Positions 17,884-26,075 of a stretch of DNA of 64,000 nucleotides are shown piece by piece. Within the stretch, counting starts at the first letter, position 1, and each line of letters starts with the position of its first letter. The stretch spans positions 448,001 to 512,000 of the forward strand of contig OZ244034.1 of the NCBI GenBank assembly GCA_965215185.1, given 5' to 3'. Under the pieces are notes generated by a model that worked only from the letters and a program-made list of their open reading frames with translations, had not been told where the DNA came from and did not search any database. The DNA is from Acidimicrobiia bacterium. Lineage in GTDB: Bacteria; Actinomycetota; Acidimicrobiia; Spongiisociales; ZC4RG35. A program made the position numbers and the translations under genes.

Positions 17884-18935
17884 ACAACCTTTCCGACACG
17901 CTGGCACAACTGATCAACATTTCATCGGTTACTGGCGACGAAGCCCGCATATGTGATCATGTCTCCAAGCACCTGGCCGCCAACGCTCCCCATCTTTCCC
18001 AGCAGCGGGTCAACAATTCGTTGGTGGTAGCCGCTCCCGGCGACGGACCGCTGGTGGTGCTGGCCGGCCATCTGGACACCGTTCCCGCCCAGGGCCAGCC
18101 GCCCGCCTATATCGAGGGCGAGAGGATGCACGGCCTGGGAGCTTCGGATATGAAAGGCGGGGTGGCGGTGATGCTCCATTTGATGGAGGAGGCCGAACCC
18201 ACCTGGCCCTATCGTCTGGCCGGGGTTTTCTATGAGGCGGAAGAGGGAAAGTTCGCCAACAACGGCCTGGAGCCGGTGCTAAACGAGTGCGAGTGGCTGT
18301 CGGAGGCCTCCTTCGGGGTCTTGCTGGAACCCTCAGATGGTGAGATTCAGGCGGGGTGCAATGGGGTGATCAACGCCAGGGTGTCGTTTCGGGGCAAGTC
18401 GTCTCATTCGGCGCGGCCGTGGTGGGGTGAGAACGCCATTTCCAAGGCCGGGGCTTGGCTGACGCAGATGCATGCCCGTGCTCCGGCGCCGGTAGAAGTG
18501 GGAGGGCTGGTGTTTCGGGAGGTGATGTCCGTAACTCTTGCCCAGGGCGGTTTGGCCGCCAACATCATCCCGCCGCTTTTCGAGGTGAACCTGAACTATC
18601 GCTTCGGTCCGCACCGCACCATCGCCGAGGCGGAACAGGAGGCACGAAAGGCGTGCCGGGCGGCCGACGAGGTAAAGATTGTGGACGCCGCTCCATCGGG
18701 GCGAGTGGTGACCGATCACCCTCTGGTGGAGGAACTGGCCACAGCCGGGGCGGTGGGGATCGGCTCCAAGCAAGGCTGGACAGATGTTGCCCGGCTCATC
18801 GCCCGGGGGATCCCTTCCATCAACTTCGGACCAGGCGAGACTTCGCAAGCGCACACTGCCACCGAAAGCATGCCGCTGGATCACCTGGGCCTGGTATATG
18901 AAAGTATGCGAAAGGTATTCTCCGGCTCTTCATGA
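17880..18935 (+). CDS. dapE: Succinyl-diaminopimelate desuccinylase (M20)
   Basis: GHLDTVP, GLGASDMKGG, EAEE, HSARPW.GENAI, GWTDVAR, NFGPG...AH; operon context. Confidence 0.9.
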   Translation: MNNLSDTLAQLINISSVTGDEARICDHVSKHLAANAPHLSQQRVNNSLVVAAPGDGPLVVLAGHLDTVPAQGQPPAYIEGERMHGLGASDMKGGVAVMLHLMEEAEPTWPYRLAGVFYEAEEGKFANNGLEPVLNECEWLSEASFGVLLEPSDGEIQAGCNGVINARVSFRGKSSHSARPWWGENAISKAGAWLTQMHARAPAPVEVGGLVFREVMSVTLAQGGLAANIIPPLFEVNLNYRFGPHRTIAEAEQEARKACRAADEVKIVDAAPSGRVVTDHPLVEELATAGAVGIGSKQGWTDVARLIARGIPSINFGPGETSQAHTATESMPLDHLGLVYESMRKVFSGSS

Positions 18936-19213
18936 GCCAGCGACCATCCTCAATAGACGCTTCGGAACTAGTCTCGCTTGATCTGATCACGGTAGGAAGG
19001 GTCAATTTTGATCTTTATTCACAGCAGATCGGGGCGTCCTTTGCGAAGGTAACCCGGTTCGATAGCATGGTGGGAGGAAGCCCCACCAACATCGCCATCG
19101 GCACGGCACGGTTGGGATTGCGATCGGCGGCTTTCACCGCGGTGGGGGAGAACCAGGTGGGGGACCTGATCCTGTACCAACTGGACGTTCCAACCGGCAT
19201 CCTCCGGTTTTAA
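18932..19213 (+). pseudogene. iolC: Truncated 5-dehydro-2-deoxygluconokinase (PfkB family N-terminus only)
   Basis: DLITVGRVNFDLY..QIGA.F..V..F...VGGSPTNIAIGTARLGLRSA.FTAVG is the IolC N-terminus, but the ORF ends after 93 aa. Confidence 0.75.
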
Positions 19214-19288
19214 CCAGATCGAGTCGCTTCCATTTGTCAGGGAACCGGCCGGCCGGAATAGGGTCTGCGCCCTCACGGCCGAAAGCCT

Positions 19289-20242
19289 TTAACGAAGATC
19301 GGGATGGACAATCCGGGCAGCCCGGTCGATCCACCCCGCTACGTCGTTGTTGGCAGGGTAGATCAAACTACGCCCCGCCACCAACCCCCTAACTGTCGGC
19401 GCCTCCATGGCTTCCTCCCAGGAGGCGAGAAGTTCTTCGGCTCGATCACCCGGGTCTCCTCCCAAGAGCAGGACCGGCAGGGTGGAAGCCGCGAAAACCT
19501 TGAGGGGATCGGAACTCGGAGGGGGGAGCTTCAGCCAGGTGTGAGCGCTGGTGGGACCTAGCCCCGAGGCAATGGCGATCACCCCGATCAGAGCTTCCGG
19601 ACTGGTGTCGATCCTGAGCAGTCCGTTCTCATCACGGTAGGCGGGAAGCGGTTCCAGCATCACCGCCAAAGGAACTTTCTGGCTGGTGATGACGCGGATG
19701 GCCCGGGAGCAGTAGTTGATGGTCTTCAGGCTGTTCGGGTCTTGGAGGTCGATGCGGAGAAGGAGCTTCCCACCATCAAGATTCATCTTGAAAAGGCCGG
19801 CCGTGTGGTAGGCGGTGACGGGATCGTCCAACTCCCAGGCGGAGCGGGCCAAACCGCCCCGGTTCATGGAGCCGAACACGACCTTGTCATCCAGAAGGGA
19901 GGCGCCATCTGTGAGTGATCCCAGCAGTAGCAGATCCTCGATAATGTCGGGAGTCGCCAGCAGCCCGTCCACTCCCGGACGGGAGAGAGCGATGCTCAAC
20001 CGGGAGAGAAGGTCCTGACGATCAGCCATCCGCAACGGGTCCCCGCCCACGCCAATGGCTCCGCGGGCAGGGTGGTCGGCGGCCACCAGGAACAGACGTT
20101 TGCCACGGGGAAACCCTAGATTCAACTGATCGTAGGGGACGAGAAGAGACCGACGTCGACGCATCCGGGCGAGCTCCAGCACCCTTCCCGGCGCGTGGGC
20201 GCGGATGTCGATCAGACGCTTGTGCAGGGCTTCGGTAATCAT
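19289..20242 (-). CDS. Cgl0159-like TIM-barrel aldolase of actinobacterial inositol clusters
   Basis: Motifs LVAADHPARG, GSMNRGGL, GGKLLLRID, WLKLP, LPVLLLGGDP and RGLVAGRSLIYP. Start set at MITEALH. Confidence 0.8.
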   Translation of the reverse strand: MITEALHKRLIDIRAHAPGRVLELARMRRRRSLLVPYDQLNLGFPRGKRLFLVAADHPARGAIGVGGDPLRMADRQDLLSRLSIALSRPGVDGLLATPDIIEDLLLLGSLTDGASLLDDKVVFGSMNRGGLARSAWELDDPVTAYHTAGLFKMNLDGGKLLLRIDLQDPNSLKTINYCSRAIRVITSQKVPLAVMLEPLPAYRDENGLLRIDTSPEALIGVIAIASGLGPTSAHTWLKLPPPSSDPLKVFAASTLPVLLLGGDPGDRAEELLASWEEAMEAPTVRGLVAGRSLIYPANNDVAGWIDRAARIVHPDLR

Positions 20243-20472
20243 GGGTGGGGGGCGCCTTCTATAGAGTCGGTCATGACATGTCCCCCTCCCGGAGACTAAC
20301 TGGGACGAAGCCCGGTCCCGTCCGCCTCTCGGCGCTCGGGTGGCTGGGTGCGGCAATTACGGAGGTAGGTGGAACGGCCTCCCCTCTTTGGTGTTCGCCG
20401 AAGGTACTCCCTCCGACCTGCAGGATTTGGGTGTGGAGGCTTGAAGTTATGGGCACCGCGCTAAGAGCGACT

Positions 20473-21375
20473 TCATGAATGCTCTCCAATCATCCGCGCC
20501 GCCTCCAGTAGATAGCGGGTGCTGGCGGCGGCATCCTCGATCGGTCCTTGATGGAGGGCTGGCGCTCTGTTGAGGATCTTGTCCTGTTCCAGGACGTACC
20601 AACCTTGATAACCGGTCTTCTCGAGTGCGGTTATCACTCCCTTGATATCCACGTCGCCCGTACCCAGAGGGCGAAACATCTCCTGTTTGACCGCTTGGCG
20701 AAATGTCATTTCGCCCGCCCTTACCCGGGCGGCGGCTGCCTCGTCAACATCTTTGAGGTGTACATGGGCGACCCGCTCGGGGACCACGCGGGCTACCTCC
20801 AGCGGATCGATTCCCGCCAGAAACATGTGCCCGGTATCCAGGCAGAGCGAGACTTGGGTATCAGAAAGCACCCGTTCCAGATGATGGGGTTTTTCCACCG
20901 CCATTCCCCAGTGCTGATGGAGCGCCACTTCCAGTCCTTCCTCTCCCGCTTGCTCTACCAATTGCGTGAGGTTGCGATCAAAGGTGGCCCAGTGCGTGGG
21001 GGTGAGGTCGCCCGACAGGTCGTATCCGTTTTGGGGGAGAACCGGTCCCAGCACCATTACCTGCGATCCACAGGCAGCCAGCGTCTTGATGGCCCGCTCG
21101 GCATATGCCGACTGGGTTTCCTGGTAGGAAGGGAGATGAAGCAGGAGAGGAACAAACCCTCCCACCACCGAGAGTCCGGCTGCGGCCGCGTTCTCCTCGG
21201 CTTCCTGTGGGGTATCGCCCAGGAACCCGTCGGGTCCCAACTCGGTGGCCGACAGACCGATGGAGGCCATTTCTCCCAGCACCCGGTCGCTGGGTAGTAG
21301 ATATCCCCAGCCCGGTGATCCGTCCACACCCCAACTGATGGGCGCTCCGGCGATTCTGTCGCTCAGCGGAATCAT
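20473..21375 (-). CDS. iolE: Myo-inosose-2 dehydratase-like sugar phosphate isomerase/epimerase
   Basis: GAPISWGV, ATELGPDGFL, LCLDTGH, HVHLKD, FRPLG.GDVD, GW.VLEQD; inositol cluster context. Confidence 0.75.
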   Translation of the reverse strand: MIPLSDRIAGAPISWGVDGSPGWGYLLPSDRVLGEMASIGLSATELGPDGFLGDTPQEAEENAAAAGLSVVGGFVPLLLHLPSYQETQSAYAERAIKTLAACGSQVMVLGPVLPQNGYDLSGDLTPTHWATFDRNLTQLVEQAGEEGLEVALHQHWGMAVEKPHHLERVLSDTQVSLCLDTGHMFLAGIDPLEVARVVPERVAHVHLKDVDEAAAARVRAGEMTFRQAVKQEMFRPLGTGDVDIKGVITALEKTGYQGWYVLEQDKILNRAPALHQGPIEDAAASTRYLLEAARMIGEHS

Positions 21376-22187
21376 TGGTTGCCCCCTGATCGGGGGAAAG
21401 GCTGGGGTGGGCGTCCCGCCCCGAGCACGCTCTGGTCGTAGTCGATCACCGCTCCGGTCATCAGGCCCGACGCTTCGGAGGCCAGGAAAGCGATTGCCTC
21501 GGCTATCTCATCCACCTTCAGGAGTCTGCCAAAAGGCGATCTGGCTTCCGCTCGGGCCAGCCAGTCGCTCCCGGCACCGTGGCTTCTCTGCATGACATCC
21601 TCGGCAGGGGTGTCGGACCACCCGGGTTGGAGGCAGTTAACCCGGATCCGATCCGGCATCACCGCGTAGGCTACGTTTCGGGTCAAAGCGGCCAGGGCGG
21701 CCTTGGACGCGGAGTAGGGGGCGATGTGCGGTTGCCCCCCGTGGGCGGTAATCGATCCGACGTTGACGATGGTTCCCCTCAGTTGCTGCCTTCTCATGAT
21801 CCGCACCGTCTCTTGCATCAGAAAAAAGGGCGACCGAATGTTGATCGCCATGATTTCCTCCCAATGTTCCAGGGTGGTGGTCTCGATAGACCCCCATGAC
21901 GTGCTTGCCGCGCTGTTAACCAGAATGTCGATCCGACCAAAACGCTGGTCGGCAGTCTGGATTACCCGGCGGTAGGCGGTGGGGAGTGCCAAATCGGCGG
22001 CGACGAATACGGCGTCTGTGCCTTGGCGGCTCCGGAGGGATCGGGCCACCCTTTCCCCGCGCTCGGGGTTTCGTCCGGTGATCACAATGCCAGCTGCTCC
22101 TCGGTCGGCCATCAACCGGGCGGCGGCTTCTCCTATACCGGAGGTACTTCCGGTGACGACGGCTACTTTACCCTCGAAAGGTCGCAT
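21372..22187 (-). CDS. SDR oxidoreductase, copy A (271 aa)
   Basis: TGSTSGIG cofactor motif, NVGS, catalytic YSASK. Confidence 0.92.
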   Translation of the reverse strand: MRPFEGKVAVVTGSTSGIGEAAARLMADRGAAGIVITGRNPERGERVARSLRSRQGTDAVFVAADLALPTAYRRVIQTADQRFGRIDILVNSAASTSWGSIETTTLEHWEEIMAINIRSPFFLMQETVRIMRRQQLRGTIVNVGSITAHGGQPHIAPYSASKAALAALTRNVAYAVMPDRIRVNCLQPGWSDTPAEDVMQRSHGAGSDWLARAEARSPFGRLLKVDEIAEAIAFLASEASGLMTGAVIDYDQSVLGAGRPPQPFPRSGGNQ

Positions 22188-22421
22188 GGCAGCAAACCAG
22201 AGGCCTAAACGCCCCTCTCAGCGGGATCACTGGTTGTCCCCTGATCGGGGAGGGGGCTGGGGTGGGAGTCCGCTCCGGGCACGCTGTAAGGGTATAAACT
22301 CCCAGGTAGATGAAGGTATGGGTAGGAACCATCACCACTTCCAGCACCACCACACGATCTGGGGATGGCACAGCACCCGGTAGAGCGTTGGTCATTGGTC
22401 CTCTTCGTGTTGTATCGTGTC

Positions 22422-22485
22422 GTACCCGGTGGGGAGTCGAACTCCAGCTATGACCATTCGGGTGAGGAGTGACCGCTACCGGGTC
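22422..22485 (-). other. tRNA-like structure (acceptor stem plus T-arm, shortened middle)
   Basis: GACCCGG-TAGC...TGGAG-TTCGACT-CCCCA-CCGGGTA-C: a 6-bp acceptor-like stem, U8A9G10C11 and a GTTCGA T-loop. Only 64 nt, with no recognisable anticodon arm. Confidence 0.4.
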
Positions 22486-22667
22486 ACCCTATCGTAGGCG
22501 GCTAGCTGCTGATCGTCCTGCCAGTCGGTGATGCGCTCCTGGTGGGTGCTGATGACACCACAGCTAGCGCAGATGGTTTTCTCAGGAGCCATCAGGTGAT
22601 CACACCGGAAGCAGGGTAGAACCTGCTCTGCCATCTGGTACAGGTAGGAGCCGGAAGAGTGCCACAT
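22476..22667 (-). CDS. Small zinc-ribbon orphan protein
   Basis: CFRC...CASC pair; lies inside the element. Confidence 0.5.
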   Translation of the reverse strand: MWHSSGSYLYQMAEQVLPCFRCDHLMAPEKTICASCGVISTHQERITDWQDDQQLAAYDRVTR

Positions 22668-22954
22668 TACCGATCCGGTGATAGTGCGGCTGTGACGATC
22701 TCACCGTTGGTGAGTTGATAGAGTTATAACGATGGAACAGCCACCACAACGATGGGACAAACGAGCCTACCTACAGGCCAGGAGGAGTAATAATCTAGGT
22801 GATGCACCCCACACCCATCACTAGACCAGCACCCGTACTGGCCATGGAAAAGCGGTGTATGACCCTGGCTATCTGTAGGCGTTGCGGCCACCAGGGCACC
22901 TATCACGAGGTGGTACAGACCATCAAGGTGTGCGGTCTGGTGTCTGAGTAACCC

Positions 22955-23308
22955 ATGCCATTCACAGAGATGCGCTGCTTTAGCGTGAAGTTTTCCCGAT
23001 ACGGTTCGGCAGATGAGACCATTACAACCCCTCCGGCTGAGGTCAACCTAGCAGCGTCCGTATCCGTAATACCACGGGATGCCCGGCCATTGTGGTTTGA
23101 TGCTGACTCGCCAATAGTGCCTGTCATGATTCAAGATGTCACCATGACCGATGGCATCCTGACCTGTAGGCTGATACCTAGTGAGTACCTGATGCCAGCC
23201 AATAGCCGCTACCGGCTAGCGGTGGAGTATCTCGGGCCTAGCCCTATGCTTGACTTCCGTATGCCAGACGAGGACAAACGGCTAGAGCCGGACATGGTCA
23301 TACCGTGA
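22955..23308 (+). CDS. Orphan beta-rich protein, phage-like
   Basis: 117-aa ORF with protein-like composition; its stop overlaps the next start (GTGA). Confidence 0.6.
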   Translation: MPFTEMRCFSVKFSRYGSADETITTPPAEVNLAASVSVIPRDARPLWFDADSPIVPVMIQDVTMTDGILTCRLIPSEYLMPANSRYRLAVEYLGPSPMLDFRMPDEDKRLEPDMVIP

Positions 23309-23445
23309 GGGTGTACCGGGTACCAGTTGCCATAGGGGGGCAACCTCCTGGCGTGTGCGACTGCGGTGTGAGTTGGGGCTACTCTGTGGACCGCAAGCTA
23401 AACGCTCGCCCTCGGTGTATTTACTGTGATCACTGGTGCGAATGA
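23305..23445 (+). CDS. 46-aa Cys-rich microprotein (not in the ORF track)
   Basis: MRVYRVPVAIGGQPPGVCDCGVSWGYSVDRKLNARPRCIYCDHWCE; coupled at both ends (GTGA and ATGA). Confidence 0.55.
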   Translation: MRVYRVPVAIGGQPPGVCDCGVSWGYSVDRKLNARPRCIYCDHWCE

Positions 23446-23621
23446 TGGGACGCCCCTGGATAGATAGACCGGCTGGCCGGTGTGGGTGCGGGTTTCCATG
23501 GACATGGTGGTTAGTACGTAACAGTTTGAGACCGTACCCAATGTGTGTGTGGTGCGGCCATCGGTGCGATCAGTGTCTAGCCGACACGCTCAAACCTCTA
23601 GCCGAATGCGGGGCAGTGTAG
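23442..23621 (+). CDS. Cys-rich microprotein, paralog of 23305..23445
   Basis: PAGRCGCGFPW...RPYPMCVWCGHRCD matches the PxGxCxCGxxW...PxCxxCxHxC pattern. Confidence 0.55.
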   Translation: MMGRPWIDRPAGRCGCGFPWTWWLVRNSLRPYPMCVWCGHRCDQCLADTLKPLAECGAV

Positions 23622-24014
23622 GTAGGAGTTGGCCTTATCCTCTTCAGGACATCGGAGGCGGGTGGCGTCATGGTACAGGGCCTCATGTAGCTCCTCCTGG
23701 GCAGTCTGGGCTTGACTAGCCGTGCTGCTGGGGCCATCAATTACCCGCCTAAAGCGCAGGATCAGGGACCGGTAGGTTTTCAACTCACGGCCATGGAGCG
23801 GCTGGCGGTCAGCTATACGAGCCGGGTCTACTAGGGAAGCAGCCTCAATCTCAACCCTAGCCCACACTCCCATAGCCTTGGCGGTGCGGATCATTCGGTT
23901 AGCGGCTATCAGGTGCTTACGTCCGGTGCGGGGTTGGTAGCTGTAGCCATTTGGGTAGGGATTATTACGGGACCGCTCCGGGGTGGAGCGATCGGGTGTA
24001 CGGTAGGTATAAAT
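23598..24014 (-). CDS. Orphan protein, 5' end probably interrupted by the IR-bounded insertion
   Basis: The ORF 23598..23894 stays open upstream to the IR at 24015. Confidence 0.4.
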   Translation of the reverse strand: MYTYRTPDRSTPERSRNNPYPNGYSYQPRTGRKHLIAANRMIRTAKAMGVWARVEIEAASLVDPARIADRQPLHGRELKTYRSLILRFRRVIDGPSSTASQAQTAQEELHEALYHDATRLRCPEEDKANSYLHCPAFG

Positions 24015-24318
24015 GGGGACTTATGCATAGTGGAAACAACACCACAACCCCGACATGGAACACTTTCCCTCTGAGTTGAACATGTCGCATTTCGACCGGA
24101 TGAAAATGTTCACCGACGTGAGACGAGACCATTGGGTGGGACTCCCCCGATGACAGAGCGCAATAACAATTCGGGTGGTAAGACCTGTTTTTCTTCCGAG
24201 GAAAACACGGCAACCCTGACGCTGCAGAACCATACACCAAAAACAGACACAACACCCCGTGGCCACTTAGGTATATAAGTCCCTACCTATCTACCGCTCC
24301 GACGACGCACCGCACTCC

Positions 24319-24676
24319 ATGCCTGACGAGTCACAGACCGGGAAGAAGATCAAGTCCGCCCAGCAACGACAGGACAGATGCTCAAAGAGTTCGCATCAAC
24401 ACAAGGAGACGGGCACGCAAGGTGAATGCCTTACGAAGAAGCCAGTCCAACCGCAGGCAGAACCAGCGCAACCGCATCGCTAAGGAGATAACTACTTCCG
24501 GTCATGCAGCCGTAGTAGTGGAATATCTCAAGGTGAATAACGTGGTATTCTCAGCCAGGGAACTATCAAACACCCAGGTGTGAAGGTGTCTCAGAAGAAA
24601 CGTGGGACAACGCGAGAAACAAGTGTTTTCCTGTGCGGATTGCGGAGTGGTCACTCATGCTGACCGCAACGCTTCG
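24319..24676 (+). pseudogene. tnpB: TnpB (IS200/IS605-type RNA-guided nuclease) relic
   Basis: Frameshifted segments RIAKEITT...AVVVEYLKVNNV..SA / GTIKHPGVKVSQKK (RuvC-II region) and FSCADCGVVTHADRNAS (zinc finger and RuvC-III), with an internal deletion. Confidence 0.75.
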
Positions 24677-24958
24677 CTGTATCGCAGGGTGTTTGGTGAG
24701 CGTTTAGCACAGGTGTGGCTTTTTGGGTCTAGGGCAACCGGGGTTCACCGTCCCAGTTCCGATGTTGACCTTTTGGTTGTTCTCCACGAAGAATACGCGA
24801 TAGGTTCGGAGTTGGATTTGTTGTATTCGGTAGCGGAACCGATCCGGTTGGCTCACCGGGTGTACATTGACGGGCATCCCACCACTCTGCGGAAACTCAC
24901 CACAAGCGACGACGATTTTCACTATTTCGTGAGACGCGAAGGCAAACGAGTGGATTAG
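24677..24958 (+). CDS. Minimal nucleotidyltransferase (MNT) domain, fused in frame to the TnpB C-terminal relic
   Basis: VFGERLAQVWLFGSRATG..RPSSDVDLLVVL (GS-x10-DxD) ...VRREGKRV. The native start is lost; the ORF is open from 24602. Confidence 0.75.
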   Translation: MYRRVFGERLAQVWLFGSRATGVHRPSSDVDLLVVLHEEYAIGSELDLLYSVAEPIRLAHRVYIDGHPTTLRKLTTSDDDFHYFVRREGKRVD

Positions 24959-25251
24959 CGAACATCACGTGGTTGTGTCGCATGATCTAATGGAAAGGGT
25001 GTCGCCCTCCCTCACGGCGACAAACCCCTCTTTGCTCCATTGTTTTGCTGTCAGCGTGTTTTTTTGTCGGGGTTGAACAGTGTTTTGCGTACCCGAGGCG
25101 CGATTATGGATGCCGCGGCCACCGCGATAACAACCATTATTCCGCCGAGCGACCGTCCCGCCACTTAGGTATATAAGTCCCCATATATAGATGGTACCCG
25201 GTGGGTACGATGTGTGTCGTAAAAGGTACGCTGACCTGGTCAGGTACGGTT

Positions 25252-26067
25252 TTACCTAGGTTTAGGTGGCCTGGGTTTAGGAGTAGACGGTGTGCCCGCT
25301 CCGAGCACGCTCTGGTCGTAGTCGATCACAGCTCCGGTCATTAGGCCGGACGCTTCGGAGGCTAGGAAAGCGATTGCCTCCGCTATCTCATCCGGCTTCA
25401 GGAGTTGACCGAATGGAGATCCGCTTTCTGCTTGGGCCAGCCAGTCGTCCGCTGCGCCGTGTTTCTTCTGCATAGCGTGTTGGGCAGGGGTGTCGGACCA
25501 CCCGGGTTGCAGACAGTTAACCCGGATCCGATCCGGCATCACGGCGTAGGCTACGTTGCGGGTCAGGGCAGCAAGGGCGGCCTTGGAGGCGGAGTAGGGG
25601 GCTAAGAACGTAGGCCCCCCGTGGGCCGCGATGGAACCGACGTTGACGATGGTTCCCCTCACCCCTTCCCGTCTCATGATCCGCACTGTTTCTTGCATCA
25701 GGAAGAAGGGCGACCGGAGGTTGGTCGTCATGATTTCCTCCCAATGTTCGAGGGTGGCGGTTTCGATTGAGCCTTGTGCCGTGCTTCCCGCGCTATTCAC
25801 CAAGATGTCGATCCGACCAAAACGCCGATCTGCAGCCTCGGTTACCTGGCGGTAGGCGGAAGGCAGCGCCAAGTCGGCGGCGACAAAGATGGCATCCGTG
25901 CCGGTGCGGCTACGAAGGGATCTGACCACCCTTTGTCCGCGTTCGGGGTTTCGTCCGGTGATGACAATCCCCTCTGCTCCCCGTTCGGCCATCAACCTTG
26001 CGGTGGCTTCGCCTATTCCGGAGGTACTACCGGTGATGACTGCCGCTTTGCCCTCGAATGGTCGCAT
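25252..26067 (-). CDS. SDR oxidoreductase, copy B (271 aa; last 13 aa supplied by the inserted element)
   Basis: Colinear paralog of 21372..22187; TGSTSGIG and YSASK are intact. Confidence 0.92.
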   Translation of the reverse strand: MRPFEGKAAVITGSTSGIGEATARLMAERGAEGIVITGRNPERGQRVVRSLRSRTGTDAIFVAADLALPSAYRQVTEAADRRFGRIDILVNSAGSTAQGSIETATLEHWEEIMTTNLRSPFFLMQETVRIMRREGVRGTIVNVGSIAAHGGPTFLAPYSASKAALAALTRNVAYAVMPDRIRVNCLQPGWSDTPAQHAMQKKHGAADDWLAQAESGSPFGQLLKPDEIAEAIAFLASEASGLMTGAVIDYDQSVLGAGTPSTPKPRPPKPR

Positions 26068-26075
26068 AAGGATGC

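Larger units (their letters stand above)
24015..25182. mobile_element. Non-autonomous IR-bounded element (possibly IS1595-type ends) with passenger relics
   Basis: Left end GGGGACTTATGCATAGTGG at 24015. Right-type end GCCACTTAGGTATATAAGTCCC occurs twice, identical, at 24262-24283 and 25160-25181. No DDE transposase and no clear target-site duplication. Confidence 0.55.
22270..25311. mobile_element. Degenerate phage-like/integrative element (~3.0 kb) inserted in the SDR 3' end, flanked by 16-bp direct repeats
   Basis: ccgctccgggcacgct (22270-22285) and ccgctccgagcacgct (25296-25311). The displaced SDR tail plus iolE start lies at about 22216-22285. Content is short orphan ORFs; no integrase is visible. 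Confidence 0.7.

Noticed and set aside
20245-20472. Possible small gene or PemK-like fragment between iolE and the aldolase (AVPITSS)
   Set aside because: No convincing start, SD or extended similarity; left unassigned.
22422-22485. Functional tRNA gene
   Set aside because: Too short, no proper D or anticodon arms, a 1-72 mismatch and a T-stem mismatch. Kept only as a tRNA-like structure.
24319-24676. Active TnpB/omegaRNA system
   Set aside because: Multiple frameshifts, missing N-terminus and RuvC-I, an internal deletion, and a 3' end replaced by MNT sequence, so no guide-RNA region remains.
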